In this document: positions 9,796 through 18,432 of the stretch, piece after piece | How the letters are laid out: each line of letters opens with the position of its first letter | Numbering within the stretch: position 1 is the first letter of the stretch | Source of the DNA: a virus | Lineage: Duplodnaviria > Caudoviricetes | Direction: 5' to 3' (one strand) | Virus record (IMG/VR): IMGVR_UViG_3300042808_000025 | Coordinates: 1-48,051 of that record | DNA: 48,051 nucleotides | The notes under the pieces: model-generated | Database searches by the model: none | Seen by the model: the letters and a program-made list of their open reading frames with translations, nothing else | What the model was told of the DNA's origin: nothing | Made by a program: the position numbers and the translations under genes

Positions 9796-10006
9796 ATTCA
9801 ATGACAACGAATTGGATTCGGAAAACAAGTAAATAATGCTCTATTAATTTAGAGTATTATTTGTATTGTCGACCCGTAAATTACATATTCCAAAAAACGC
9901 GCTCTACGGGTATAATTAGATAGTTATAAATTATAAATTTAAGAATAATTATAACTTCATTTATCTGACTTTTAGCTACTGACTTGATTGTTGGTAGCTA
10001 TTTGTT
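9796..10006 (+). ncRNA. Structured ncRNA candidate 1 (three-way junction plus three stem-loops)
   Basis: GACAA/TTGTC closes CGAAT/ATTCG and a 13-bp hairpin; ACCCGTA/TACGGGT; TTAGATA-GTTATA/TATAAC-TATCTGA; 11-bp terminal hairpin followed by TTTGTT; non-canonical pairs are G-U on the + strand. Confidence 0.55.
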
Positions 10007-10016
10007 ATAATAATAG

Positions 10017-10161
10017 CATTAAGGACAGTACAGTTCTTAATAGCACCTTGTCCACAACACGAAATATATAAGATATATTACCTTATACCAATTATAAACA
10101 TTTTCATTTTACTAATTTTATTAGTTAAATAAGCCCCACAATTCTCGGGGCTTATTTTTTT
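10017..10161 (+). ncRNA. ncRNA candidate 2
   Basis: TTGATT(9984)-16 nt-TATAAT(10006) with TG; hairpins ATTAAGGAC/GTTCTTAAT and AATATAT/ATATATT; ends at an intrinsic terminator; no credible ORF. Confidence 0.4.
10128..10161 (+). terminator. Intrinsic terminator between the convergent arms
   Basis: AATAAGCCCC-loop-GGGGCTTATT followed by a T-tract. Confidence 0.8.
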
Positions 10162-10754
10162 GTGTAGATATCTAGTATCGATCGTGCATACTGTAATCGG
10201 TTACTCTCCATACATATACCACATCTCTCAAAATGATTCTGGAAATTTATAGTTGATCCATATAAATCAGATTGTAATATTAATTGTTTTACATTTGAAT
10301 ACCCACCGTTTAATTCCTCCATCAAGAAATCTAGTTGAGTGTTTATATCGTATGGGTTATTTTTAGCTAGCAAATTATCCATTCGATTGTTTGTCCATTG
10401 CGCGATTCCTAAACCGCCAGGCTCTAAGCTAGTATTGAAATTATGCTCTTGTTGAAGATTCCCCATTATTCCGGCAGTTTGTTCAGCGCTGAAACCTTCT
10501 GTTATCAACCGGTTCCATATTATGTCTTTATTGCTAACAGGGGTGGGTATTATTTTTGGCTGTGGTATTATTGCCACCGAAGCCATGAGAGGCTCTGTAT
10601 GGGATTCTAATTTAGAAGATGGGTTCTTATTCATCTTTTGCTCTAAATTAACGGCTGGTATATCAGATTTTGCAAACACAGCTATTTCTGGCGACATTCC
10701 GACAACAAATGTTATGGCCGATACTACTACGACTGAGATTAATTTAGTTACCAT
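10152..10754 (-). CDS. Lysozyme-fold muralytic enzyme (phage tail lysozyme-like) with N-terminal signal/anchor
   Basis: AGIMGNLQQE, GLGIAQWT, QLDFLMEEL and FERCG motifs; hydrophobic N-terminus ending AVFA. Confidence 0.85.
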   Translation of the reverse strand: MVTKLISVVVVSAITFVVGMSPEIAVFAKSDIPAVNLEQKMNKNPSSKLESHTEPLMASVAIIPQPKIIPTPVSNKDIIWNRLITEGFSAEQTAGIMGNLQQEHNFNTSLEPGGLGIAQWTNNRMDNLLAKNNPYDINTQLDFLMEELNGGYSNVKQLILQSDLYGSTINFQNHFERCGICMESNRLQYARSILDIYTKK

Positions 10755-10770
10755 ATCGAAACCATATTAT

Positions 10771-11175
10771 TTATTTTATGTTTGGGTTTGGGATGCAACT
10801 CATTGGTGACATTTCCATTTCGCATAATAATCGTGATCCTTTCTCATTGTTACAATGAATATGTGCTGGCCCTAAATTAGAATCCAGTTGTGACTCTTCA
10901 AGTGACAACCTGCCTTTAGGGACTTTATGCTCTAAAACATACTTTTCATACATCACATATGATATATCTATCGGCTCTCCAAAGTACTCACATATATGAC
11001 ATTTGTAATATTTATTACCATATTTATCAGTTAATGGTGGGTGTTTTTCTTCCCATTCAATTTTGCGTTGTTTACGCTCATGATATATTCTACCTAATTT
11101 ATTAATTGGCTTGGAGGTTTTCTGCAACCCACCGCCTCGTAACCCACCAGTATTTTTCAGTGGGTTGCGTTTCAT
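10771..11175 (-). CDS. HNH endonuclease
   Basis: CHIC...LEHKVPK...NLGPAHIHCNNEKG. Confidence 0.85.
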   Translation of the reverse strand: MKRNPLKNTGGLRGGGLQKTSKPINKLGRIYHERKQRKIEWEEKHPPLTDKYGNKYYKCHICEYFGEPIDISYVMYEKYVLEHKVPKGRLSLEESQLDSNLGPAHIHCNNEKGSRLLCEMEMSPMSCIPNPNIK

Positions 11176-11576
11176 ACATTACCTATCGGTACGAAATCAT
11201 AAGCATCACGCCGTAGCATTGCACCACCACATAGATACGGGATAAGCTTGTGGTAATATTTATACCTAGGAACGTTCTTATCATTTATTTCTTGTATGTT
11301 AAGATCCCTTAAGTACTCTCTTATTTGATGGCAGTTTCTACAAACTACATCACATTTAGCTAGCTCTGCCTCGAATACCGCTGGGCTGTATGTTCTTAAA
11401 GCCGATGGAGATTTGTATTTCTGGCTACGGTCAACATGGTCGAATGTCATTACTAATGGGTGCCAGACTATATTGCAATCGGCGCATGGTTTCTGTAACT
11501 CTTTGAACATCCGTTTATTATTTATGTGAAGGTTCTCTAGATGTTCGTTACTTATTTTTTGTTCGCTTTTTTGCAT
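11172..11576 (-). CDS. HNH endonuclease
   Basis: CADC...FDHV...KCDVVCRNCH. Confidence 0.85.
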   Translation of the reverse strand: MQKSEQKISNEHLENLHINNKRMFKELQKPCADCNIVWHPLVMTFDHVDRSQKYKSPSALRTYSPAVFEAELAKCDVVCRNCHQIREYLRDLNIQEINDKNVPRYKYYHKLIPYLCGGAMLRRDAYDFVPIGNV

Positions 11577-12396
11577 CCTTAACTTTTATCTCCCCTGTTT
11601 TTTTGTCTGTTATTTCTTCAGTCTCTGGTTTTACTGGGGTAGATTCGTACATAAGCTTATAATCAATTACCTTACCCTCGTATGGTCCATTCTTAGTCTT
11701 AACAACCTTACAATGAACAGTATGACCGATTTGCATCTTAACACCATTGACTGTTTTAATAACTAGATCAGTCGAGTTGTTACGCTTTAACTCAAGCCTC
11801 AACGCCGCAGCGTACTTCATAGCCCACCCACCAGGTATTACATACTTCTGGTCATATGGTCCGGCACCAACATTAGGACGCATTTGATTAATGAATATAG
11901 CAGCACAATTACTTTTAGATAGTGGTATAGCAACACGACGGCATAGTTCATTTATAACCTTAGCTTTTACGCCAATATTGGCATCGCCAAACTCTCCGGC
12001 CTCCTCACGCCTTGGTATCAGCTGTGGCAGTGAGTCTATAATGATAGCTTCACACTCGGATATATTGTCCAATATTAGCTGTGCCACGTCCTCTAGGATG
12101 AATTCTTTAGCTATAATGAGTTGAGATAGGTCTACGCCTAACGCGGCCGCTCTGTCCTTGTTAAATGAGTTCTCAGCATCGACGAATATAACCTTTTTCT
12201 TTTCTTGGGTAAGTTTAGCTATAGCCATTAAAGTCAATGTTGTCTTACCAACTTTTTCTAGAGCATATATCTCGGTTATTTGTTTACGAGGGAACCCTTT
12301 TATTACCTCATCTAATCCAGGTATACCAGTGGGGAGGTATTCTTGTTCAGGAAGGTCGCTAGCCTTCATTAAGTTAAATGTTTTCTTGGTTGCCAT
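11548..12396 (-). CDS. recA: RecA/UvsX-like recombinase
   Basis: LPTGIPGLD, EIYALEKVGKTT (Walker A), FVDAE, IIIDSL, IFINQMR and PGGWAMKY; probable start at ATG 12396. Confidence 0.9.
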   Translation of the reverse strand: MATKKTFNLMKASDLPEQEYLPTGIPGLDEVIKGFPRKQITEIYALEKVGKTTLTLMAIAKLTQEKKKVIFVDAENSFNKDRAAALGVDLSQLIIAKEFILEDVAQLILDNISECEAIIIDSLPQLIPRREEAGEFGDANIGVKAKVINELCRRVAIPLSKSNCAAIFINQMRPNVGAGPYDQKYVIPGGWAMKYAAALRLELKRNNSTDLVIKTVNGVKMQIGHTVHCKVVKTKNGPYEGKVIDYKLMYESTPVKPETEEITDKKTGEIKVKDAKKRTKNK

Positions 12397-12781
12397 GATC
12401 GTTGTCCTTACCGAATTTATCGGATATACCATAGTTACCCTGCGCTGTGAACCATGTCTTACCACCATCGCGCGAGAAGTAATTATCGCATCGTTTGTTA
12501 TATAAGATTCCGCCTTCTAACCCTTCAGCTGGTAGCCATTCGTCGGGGTTATCAGTAGGTTTACCTAGTAATTCTCCAACCGACAATACTCTAAATATAT
12601 TAAGTATTGTAGTTTTGATAAATTCTGTTGGAGAATTTTTTTCTAAAACATCAACTAATTTCAATGTTGTTGACATTAATTTCTGGTCGATATTTCCTTT
12701 TCCTTGGGTTACGCCAGCTAATTCCAGTTCCGCTTTCGCGTGTTGGTATAGTGGCCCGAATTCCCGATTTCTTTTTGACAT
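12374..12781 (-). CDS. Hypothetical phage protein
   Basis: GGAGG RBS; HAKAELELAG and PTDNPDEW motifs. Confidence 0.7.
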   Translation of the reverse strand: MSKRNREFGPLYQHAKAELELAGVTQGKGNIDQKLMSTTLKLVDVLEKNSPTEFIKTTILNIFRVLSVGELLGKPTDNPDEWLPAEGLEGGILYNKRCDNYFSRDGGKTWFTAQGNYGISDKFGKDNDHGNQENI

Positions 12782-12905
12782 TTAATGAATCCCTCCTAAG
12801 ACTTATTATTAGTAATATTGCAGCTATAAACATTGATGATAAGAACGCCCATAGTTCTATATCACTTGTTGTTGCCATCCAATATATTAGTGCTTCCATC
12901 TTCAA
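12651..12905 (-). CDS. Small membrane protein
   Basis: One TM helix fills the gap between genes; its 3' end overlaps the next gene. Confidence 0.45.
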   Translation of the reverse strand: MKMEALIYWMATTSDIELWAFLSSMFIAAILLIISLRRDSLNVKKKSGIRATIPTRESGTGISWRNPRKRKYRPEINVNNIEIS

Positions 12906-13269
12906 TCTCTCTCATTATTATGTTTACGCCAGCTAATTTACTTTCATAATGGAAATGATCGGTGAAGCCAAGTATACCTTTGTTATTGTCATTTTTTATC
13001 ACACCAGCCTTTTGTAGACCGTCTAATATGAATTTTTTAGCAAAAGCTACGTTATCCTTATCTCTTTTTAAGTTTGGTTCATACCAGTGAAAATCTACCC
13101 ATATAGGTTCAGTGAACCTGCCTAACTTGTTAACCCCAGCGTAACTAACCGTTAGATCAGTCCACTCCTTTTTCATAGCGCCACCACTGAATCTACTTTT
13201 GCTAGTTGCACCTATGAACTCATTTAAACCGGGCATCCTCACTGGTATGAATAATTCTTGTTTAGCCAT
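12862..13269 (-). CDS. rusA: RusA-like Holliday junction resolvase
   Basis: PGLNE...RDKDNV...KFILDGLQKAGVIKNDN. Confidence 0.85.
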   Translation of the reverse strand: MAKQELFIPVRMPGLNEFIGATSKSRFSGGAMKKEWTDLTVSYAGVNKLGRFTEPIWVDFHWYEPNLKRDKDNVAFAKKFILDGLQKAGVIKNDNNKGILGFTDHFHYESKLAGVNIIMREIEDGSTNILDGNNK

Positions 13270-13483
13270 TAAACACTATCATAGCTACCGATACCATAAA
13301 TATCAATAGCCCGGATGTTATAGTACTTATAATGAGAGTATCGCTTCGTATCTCACCACCCATTGGATTGTAATGTGCTGGACCTATGTCTGTTAATTCG
13401 TAATCAAGTAACTTATCTACTTGAACGTCAATCTTACATCTTGAGTGAGTAATCTTGACTACTATTTTATGGTTTGTTTCCAT
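13262..13483 (-). CDS. Small membrane protein
   Basis: C-terminal TM segment; overlapping start and stop. Confidence 0.6.
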   Translation of the reverse strand: METNHKIVVKITHSRCKIDVQVDKLLDYELTDIGPAHYNPMGGEIRSDTLIISTITSGLLIFMVSVAMIVFNG

Positions 13484-13919
13484 AATTAAGCCTTATATGT
13501 ATACTTTCGATCAACCTTTCGGTTGCCGAGTATCGTTTGTCTGATGTTTCTTTATACCTTTCGGCTTCGTTCATCAGGCTAAACTCTGTCGCAGATGCTA
13601 TTACGGCTTCAGCTTCAGCTACATTAGCGGCGATTTTCTTCTCCTCGTTTCTCATGATAGATAACTTTCGTTTCATCAGAGTAACTTCATAAAAATTTTT
13701 TACACCTCGGTAATTATATGATGCTTCTGCACAGACTTCGACAAGTCTTTCCAGTAGGAGGCTTAGCTCCGCTGATTCAGTAGCAACATCTGGATGGGGG
13801 ATTGGTCTACGAAGAAGCTTTAGAGCAGTGTTGGAATGTTCTTTGATCCTAAGTTCTATTGCTTCGTAGTTCTTATTATACTCCCAAATATCATTCTTCC
13901 ACTGCTCAAGCTCATTCAT
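13467..13919 (-). CDS. Helical protein, possible UvsY-like recombination mediator
   Basis: All-helical 150 aa between SSB and RusA/RecA; function inferred from context. Confidence 0.45.
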   Translation of the reverse strand: MNELEQWKNDIWEYNKNYEAIELRIKEHSNTALKLLRRPIPHPDVATESAELSLLLERLVEVCAEASYNYRGVKNFYEVTLMKRKLSIMRNEEKKIAANVAEAEAVIASATEFSLMNEAERYKETSDKRYSATERLIESIHIRLNYGNKP

Positions 13920-13924
13920 AGGCG

Positions 13925-14470
13925 TTACCAGCCTTCTTCGCTATCGTCTTCCCTAGGGTTTGTTGGGAATGGCTCTTCTAGTTGAGCGTCTTCTTCACTA
14001 CATACTGGTGTATATTCTTTAGAGCCATCAAGCCATTCAACATCTGAATTCCCTTGGCCTTTTTCGACTGAAGCAATAAGATCGATTTTAGCAACCATTT
14101 CAGCAGCTTCTGGGAATGCTTCATCCAAAGGGATCTTCTTAGGGGATGGTTTCAATTCGTACTTAGTATCAAACTTTTGACCAGTACGAGTGATCTTAAA
14201 TCCATATTGTTTAGGGTCACCGTAATCTTCATCTTTAGCATAGCCTTTGATTTGTCGGTATACTGATGGTGGTAATTGCAATACTTGGGCTACTTTTTGC
14301 TCAGTATCAAATATAATCCAGGCATACATCTCTCGTGGGTTTTGGCCTTGGTATGAACTAGTGTAGATTACTGGATCACTTGCAATCCTGATTTTATGTT
14401 CGTGGCCATCAACAAATTTAAAATAAATTCCTGTTGATACCGGTGGTTCGTGATCGTATGGGTTTGCCAT
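13925..14470 (-). CDS. Single-stranded DNA-binding protein (gp32-like)
   Basis: YFKF..G..KIRI and YGDP..Y.FKITRTG..DTKY motifs; acidic tail ending in W. Confidence 0.75.
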   Translation of the reverse strand: MANPYDHEPPVSTGIYFKFVDGHEHKIRIASDPVIYTSSYQGQNPREMYAWIIFDTEQKVAQVLQLPPSVYRQIKGYAKDEDYGDPKQYGFKITRTGQKFDTKYELKPSPKKIPLDEAFPEAAEMVAKIDLIASVEKGQGNSDVEWLDGSKEYTPVCSEEDAQLEEPFPTNPREDDSEEGW

Positions 14471-14916
14471 TATTTAGTTTCTCCTTCTTTCTTATTTACT
14501 TTAGCATTCTCTAATGCCTGTTCAACATTACTTTTAATATTAGTTGGCATAACACTTGAAGAGTAATCATCTTCTACGTGGTCGTCCCTAATACCAAACT
14601 TATTTGAATAATTATTGTTAAAATGTTTCCAGCCATTTGATATCTTAAAGACATTCATCAGCTTAGCGAATTTTCTACGTCCAGCCCTATTTAGAGGCTT
14701 GTATGAGCTAACTTTGGACATATCTTCATAAGCCTCAGTGTGTGGCTTTTTATGTTTAGCAGCCCATTTACTTGCCTTATCTTCAGCTATTTTAGAGTGA
14801 ACCATATCACGGTATTCACGTCTCATTTTAACTGTTACTTTACGAGAGGCTCTGAGCCTCGACTCACGTTCTTCGTCTGTGAGTCTCCCTTCCACAGGGT
14901 TTTCTTTGGTTACCAT
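14470..14916 (-). CDS. Hypothetical basic protein
   Basis: Coupled ORF with a PLNRAGRR motif. Confidence 0.65.
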   Translation of the reverse strand: MVTKENPVEGRLTDEERESRLRASRKVTVKMRREYRDMVHSKIAEDKASKWAAKHKKPHTEAYEDMSKVSSYKPLNRAGRRKFAKLMNVFKISNGWKHFNNNYSNKFGIRDDHVEDDYSSSVMPTNIKSNVEQALENAKVNKKEGETK

Positions 14917-14918
14917 AA

Positions 14919-15215
14919 TTATTTTTTCCTTTTAGTAGTTGGTTGGCTTTTTACTCCTGCATGTACCAGTGTGGTCAAGACTACGACTGCAAATGCAATC
15001 GATATAGCCCCGAACACTGATGACACGTACCTTGATGGGTTGACTAAACCAAACCCATATAACCCGATAGATATACTGTTGAATATAAATATTAGAGCTA
15101 TAATGGTCTTGCTCATCATACAAGCCCATGCTAAGGCGTTAGAAGCAAATGTTTTAATATCACTTACTAGGTTACTTTTTTTATCTGGTTCTGTTATGTT
15201 AGGTTCTTTGTTCAT
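14919..15215 (-). CDS. Membrane protein (2 TM)
   Basis: GGAGG RBS; hydrophobic segments. Confidence 0.65.
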   Translation of the reverse strand: MNKEPNITEPDKKSNLVSDIKTFASNALAWACMMSKTIIALIFIFNSISIGLYGFGLVNPSRYVSSVFGAISIAFAVVVLTTLVHAGVKSQPTTKRKK

Positions 15216-15451
15216 CGTGAGTAATAATCCTCCTCGTCATTCTCTGCTTGTCGCCTGATCTCCTCTTGCCTCCATCTTTCCCAGCGTATAGCGTTAGCCT
15301 TACGGCTACTCTCACTAGTGAAATGGCCGCCAGACATCTTACCAGCTCTTCGTGCATCAGCGCTTATTTGAGCAGCGCTTTTGTTTTCACGAAGAGTCTT
15401 AAGACGTTTAGCATCGCGAGGTGATAGGTTCCGTTTCCTTGCTCTTGCCAT
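15212..15451 (-). CDS. Small Arg-rich protein
   Basis: MARARKRNLSPRDAKR N-terminus; translationally coupled. Confidence 0.65.
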   Translation of the reverse strand: MARARKRNLSPRDAKRLKTLRENKSAAQISADARRAGKMSGGHFTSESSRKANAIRWERWRQEEIRRQAENDEEDYYSR

Positions 15452-15660
15452 TATTTTTTATATCTTTCCGGCAACTGACCAGTCTCCTTGTAAACAACCA
15501 CTTCTTCAAAGAATTTTATTTCCGCCTCAATTGGACCGACTTTTTTCTTAAGCACGTTCTTGAGACCTTGGATTACGCTCTTTGCTCCAATAGGTGTTAC
15601 GTCAGATGCCTTCTTAATGAACTCCTCTTGAGTTTGGGGTTCAACAAATTTTTCTTGCAT
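15451..15660 (-). CDS. Hypothetical protein
   Basis: GGAAGG RBS; first gene after the structured leader. Confidence 0.65.
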   Translation of the reverse strand: MQEKFVEPQTQEEFIKKASDVTPIGAKSVIQGLKNVLKKKVGPIEAEIKFFEEVVVYKETGQLPERYKK

Positions 15661-15678
15661 TTAACAACCTTCCTAGCC

Positions 15679-15900
15679 TATTAAACAGGCAACCTGAGTA
15701 AGGGGGTGGCATAACACTAACACTAAATGTATTAATAACCTTACCCAGATAGCCTGTTTAATATTGAATTGTTAAAGTTCTTTATATTGCGTACACGAAA
15801 GGCGTTAGCGCCAAATTGATATTACCATATATAGCTCACCACCAACGCCATCCATGCACGCAATATTTTAATTAAACTACCGCTATTCTTAACAACGATA
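15679..15900 (-). ncRNA. Structured 5' leader/ncRNA: three hairpins with a boxA-like motif
   Basis: Stems at 15878-15900 (10 bp), 15784-15866 (about 25 bp) and 15679-15763 (about 25 bp); most non-canonical pairs are G-U on the minus strand; GAACTTTAACAATT at 15780-15767. Confidence 0.6.
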
Positions 15901-15905
15901 CTCCC

Positions 15906-15934
15906 ATCTTAGCTTAGTTCGGACTAAAAGTCAA
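15906..15934 (-). promoter_or_regulatory. Sigma70-type promoter P2 (recombination operon)
   Basis: TTGACT-17 nt-TAAGAT; TCCGAAC in the spacer. Confidence 0.75.
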
Positions 15935-16142
15935 TATCTAGTGCCATATTGGGCTTAGGTTGGGGCTTTTCTAATGATATCTCTCGAACTGGTATCATCC
16001 TATTGCCGAGTCTTATTTTATAGTCTTGAGGTATTTGCCAATTATCATCTTTTAAGAAACACAGCATAGCCTTAACCACCATCAATTCAGTATCGGTGAT
16101 ATCCATCGATTTACTACCATCCGGCTTCCAAATCTTCGTCAT
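15924..16142 (-). CDS. Hypothetical protein
   Basis: Overlaps the DnaB stop; 72 aa. Confidence 0.55.
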   Translation of the reverse strand: MTKIWKPDGSKSMDITDTELMVVKAMLCFLKDDNWQIPQDYKIRLGNRMIPVREISLEKPQPKPNMALDIDF

Positions 16143-17433
16143 CTTTCTTACCGCCTATCATCCTTTCTGCATCTTCAGCCCACTTCTTTTGCTGGTCTGT
16201 GGTAGGTGGCCTATGCTCTAATAACCTCATGCCGTCACCATATAATACAACTCTAGTAACAGCACGCTCAGCCGACCTGTGCGCCAACCTTATAACTTCC
16301 GTCTTGAAAGGGTCGGGTGCGTTTGGTCTATCATCTCTCCATACTGTCATGACTACGTCAGCATCTTGTGCGATCGAACTAGACCCTTTAAGCATTTGTA
16401 ACGTTGGTCTACGGCTAGTATCGCCTTGCTGGATATGGCACAAGAGCAATAATGGTAGTTCTAGTTGCACCGCTGCCTCTTTGAACTCTTTGGTTATTTT
16501 GCTTATCTCATTGGTCTGATTGTCTGTAGACCTTGAAAAGAAGTGAAGGTGATCTATGATAACCATATCAACGCCCATCTCTTTAGCACTTTCCATAAGA
16601 GCTGTAGCGTCTCTCGAATCTAAATCTGCTCGATCGTTTATGTATATCTTACCAGATAAAGTCTTGTCCTCTTTAGTCATGGCATTCATACGCCTAGCCA
16701 CCTGTAGTTTGGTCATCTCGGTATTGATAAACAGCACATTCTTGCCTTCTTTGGCAACGTTCCAAGCGAAGTTAGCCGCTAACTTTGATTTACCATGCTT
16801 AGTATGTCCGGTGAGGACAATAACCTCACCAGGCTCAAACCCCTCGGTCATATCATCAATACATTGGTAACCTAGGCTTAGGCCACGTATTTGTCCGCTA
16901 GGTGGCGCCGTATTACGTGCTATTTCTCTCCACTCGTCTAGATCAACTATAGATAATTTGCTTTGCGACCTAGCGCTGCTCTTAGTAACGCCCTTTAGAC
17001 TTCTTTCAGCATCGTTAATGAATGTGTCCATATCATCAGCCACCCTAGCTTTAACTACTATGTCACTAGCTGCTTTAATTATTCTACGAGCTGTAGCCCT
17101 GTCAGATACGATCTTAGCATGGTTAACAAGCATATTAAGACCAACATAACAGTTACTCATACTAGCTAATCCTGCCGCACCACCGACGCTATCTATATAA
17201 CCTTTGATACTTAAGAAATCTGACAAAGTTATCAAGTCAATATCCTTGTCTCGTTTCATTAAATACTCTGAAGCCCTCCATATAACTGACAATTTTCTAT
17301 CGAAGAAATCATCTCTTGTTAATATGTGCTGTATCATCTTCATAGCTGATCTTCCATCGGTCATTAAAGTACCTATGATCGCTTTTTCAGACTCAACAGC
17401 CTGAGGAATTACTACCACTTCCTCATTACCCAT
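16114..17433 (-). CDS. dnaB: DnaB-like replicative helicase
   Basis: PQAVESEKAIIG N-domain; TGHTKHGKS Walker A; FINTEM; IIDHLH; LKGSSSIAQDADVV. Confidence 0.92.
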   Translation of the reverse strand: MGNEEVVVIPQAVESEKAIIGTLMTDGRSAMKMIQHILTRDDFFDRKLSVIWRASEYLMKRDKDIDLITLSDFLSIKGYIDSVGGAAGLASMSNCYVGLNMLVNHAKIVSDRATARRIIKAASDIVVKARVADDMDTFINDAERSLKGVTKSSARSQSKLSIVDLDEWREIARNTAPPSGQIRGLSLGYQCIDDMTEGFEPGEVIVLTGHTKHGKSKLAANFAWNVAKEGKNVLFINTEMTKLQVARRMNAMTKEDKTLSGKIYINDRADLDSRDATALMESAKEMGVDMVIIDHLHFFSRSTDNQTNEISKITKEFKEAAVQLELPLLLLCHIQQGDTSRRPTLQMLKGSSSIAQDADVVMTVWRDDRPNAPDPFKTEVIRLAHRSAERAVTRVVLYGDGMRLLEHRPPTTDQQKKWAEDAERMIGGKKDDEDLEAGW

Positions 17434-17437
17434 AGCT

Positions 17438-17575
17438 TTATTCTATCTCTTTCGGAAAATCTATTGGGTATAGATAATTGCATTCATCTGACGACCCACC
17501 ATTGTCTTGCTTCAGCCAATACCACTTGAACCAATGGCGCATAACAGTATATTTACCAACTTTAATTATTTTCAT
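17438..17575 (-). CDS. Small hypothetical protein (45 aa)
   Basis: GGAG RBS; MKIIKVGKYTVMRHWFKWYW...; fills the gap before DnaB. Confidence 0.5.
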   Translation of the reverse strand: MKIIKVGKYTVMRHWFKWYWLKQDNGGSSDECNYLYPIDFPKEIE

Positions 17576-17804
17576 TTTTACTTTCTCCACTCATACGAGT
17601 CCATTGTATGCTCAATAGCCTTAGATTCTGTACGTTGACATCATTCATATCTAGCATGCTAGACGCGTCACAATCCATAACTAATCCCTTAGACATTCTT
17701 TCAGTCACTATAAGGAAGCTACGGCTAGATAATATATTGAAGCATACAACGATCTTCACTAAGATAGTTTGTAAAAAATTAGGTTTAGATAGTACTTCGT
17801 TCAT
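17562..17804 (-). CDS. Hypothetical protein
   Basis: AAGGAG RBS; coupled. Confidence 0.6.
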   Translation of the reverse strand: MNEVLSKPNFLQTILVKIVVCFNILSSRSFLIVTERMSKGLVMDCDASSMLDMNDVNVQNLRLLSIQWTRMSGESKNENN

Positions 17805-18010
17805 GCTGACTCCTTAAGTTTATTCTTAGACTTATCTTTTTTATATTTATTATATTTCATTTTTATATCGTGTAGGTTAACTTTTACTTTATTATTAGAA
17901 GTATCTCGGAAAACTATCATTGGTCCTTCTACCATATCTTTAACTGTATAGCTAAAGTTTGAAGCGTACCATTTAATAGCGTTCCAGTCTGTAGCTGTCA
18001 TAAATGCCAT
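17801..18010 (-). CDS. Hypothetical protein
   Basis: ORF within the operon. Confidence 0.6.
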   Translation of the reverse strand: MAFMTATDWNAIKWYASNFSYTVKDMVEGPMIVFRDTSNNKVKVNLHDIKMKYNKYKKDKSKNKLKESA

Positions 18011-18025
18011 GTTAGGTTCTCTTTT

Positions 18026-18168
18026 CTAGTTAATAGTTAGTGGAGTATTTATGGTGTCATAATCAATATTATTCATAGCATACGCGTAAGTGAATACTAT
18101 CGAAAATATGATAATTACTCCTAATATTATACTGGCTACTACCGCCATAAAATGACCAAAATTATTCA
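18026..18168 (-). CDS. Small membrane protein
   Basis: TM helix; probable start at MNNFGH (coordinate approximate). Confidence 0.5.
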
Positions 18169-18422
18169 TTATCTTTGCCTTTAATATTAGGGTCGAACCG
18201 GCTACCACCAGATTTCAAACCTTTAGCATCCACAGTATCGACTACCTGTTGCATAAGAACCTTGCACATTTTAGCAGTCTTTTCTTGGGTATCTTCAAGA
18301 TTAACACCCCTAAAGTATGTACGACCACCGCATTTGATTACAATAGTGATTGAATCATCTGGGAATTGTCCATCCTTTAATTTATCCATCGGGTTATATG
18401 TATCGCTTAATTGATCTTGCAT
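18162..18422 (-). CDS. Hypothetical protein
   Basis: ORF within the operon with RBS. Confidence 0.6.
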   Translation of the reverse strand: MQDQLSDTYNPMDKLKDGQFPDDSITIVIKCGGRTYFRGVNLEDTQEKTAKMCKVLMQQVVDTVDAKGLKSGGSRFDPNIKGKDNE

Positions 18423-18432
18423 ATTAATTCCC

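Noticed and set aside
9733-10151. CRISPR or other repeat-spacer array
   Set aside because: No recurring direct repeat; the structure consists of unrelated inverted repeats
18186-18215. tRNA-like T-loop (GGTTCGACCC on the minus strand)
   Set aside because: No acceptor or D stems, and it lies inside a coding region
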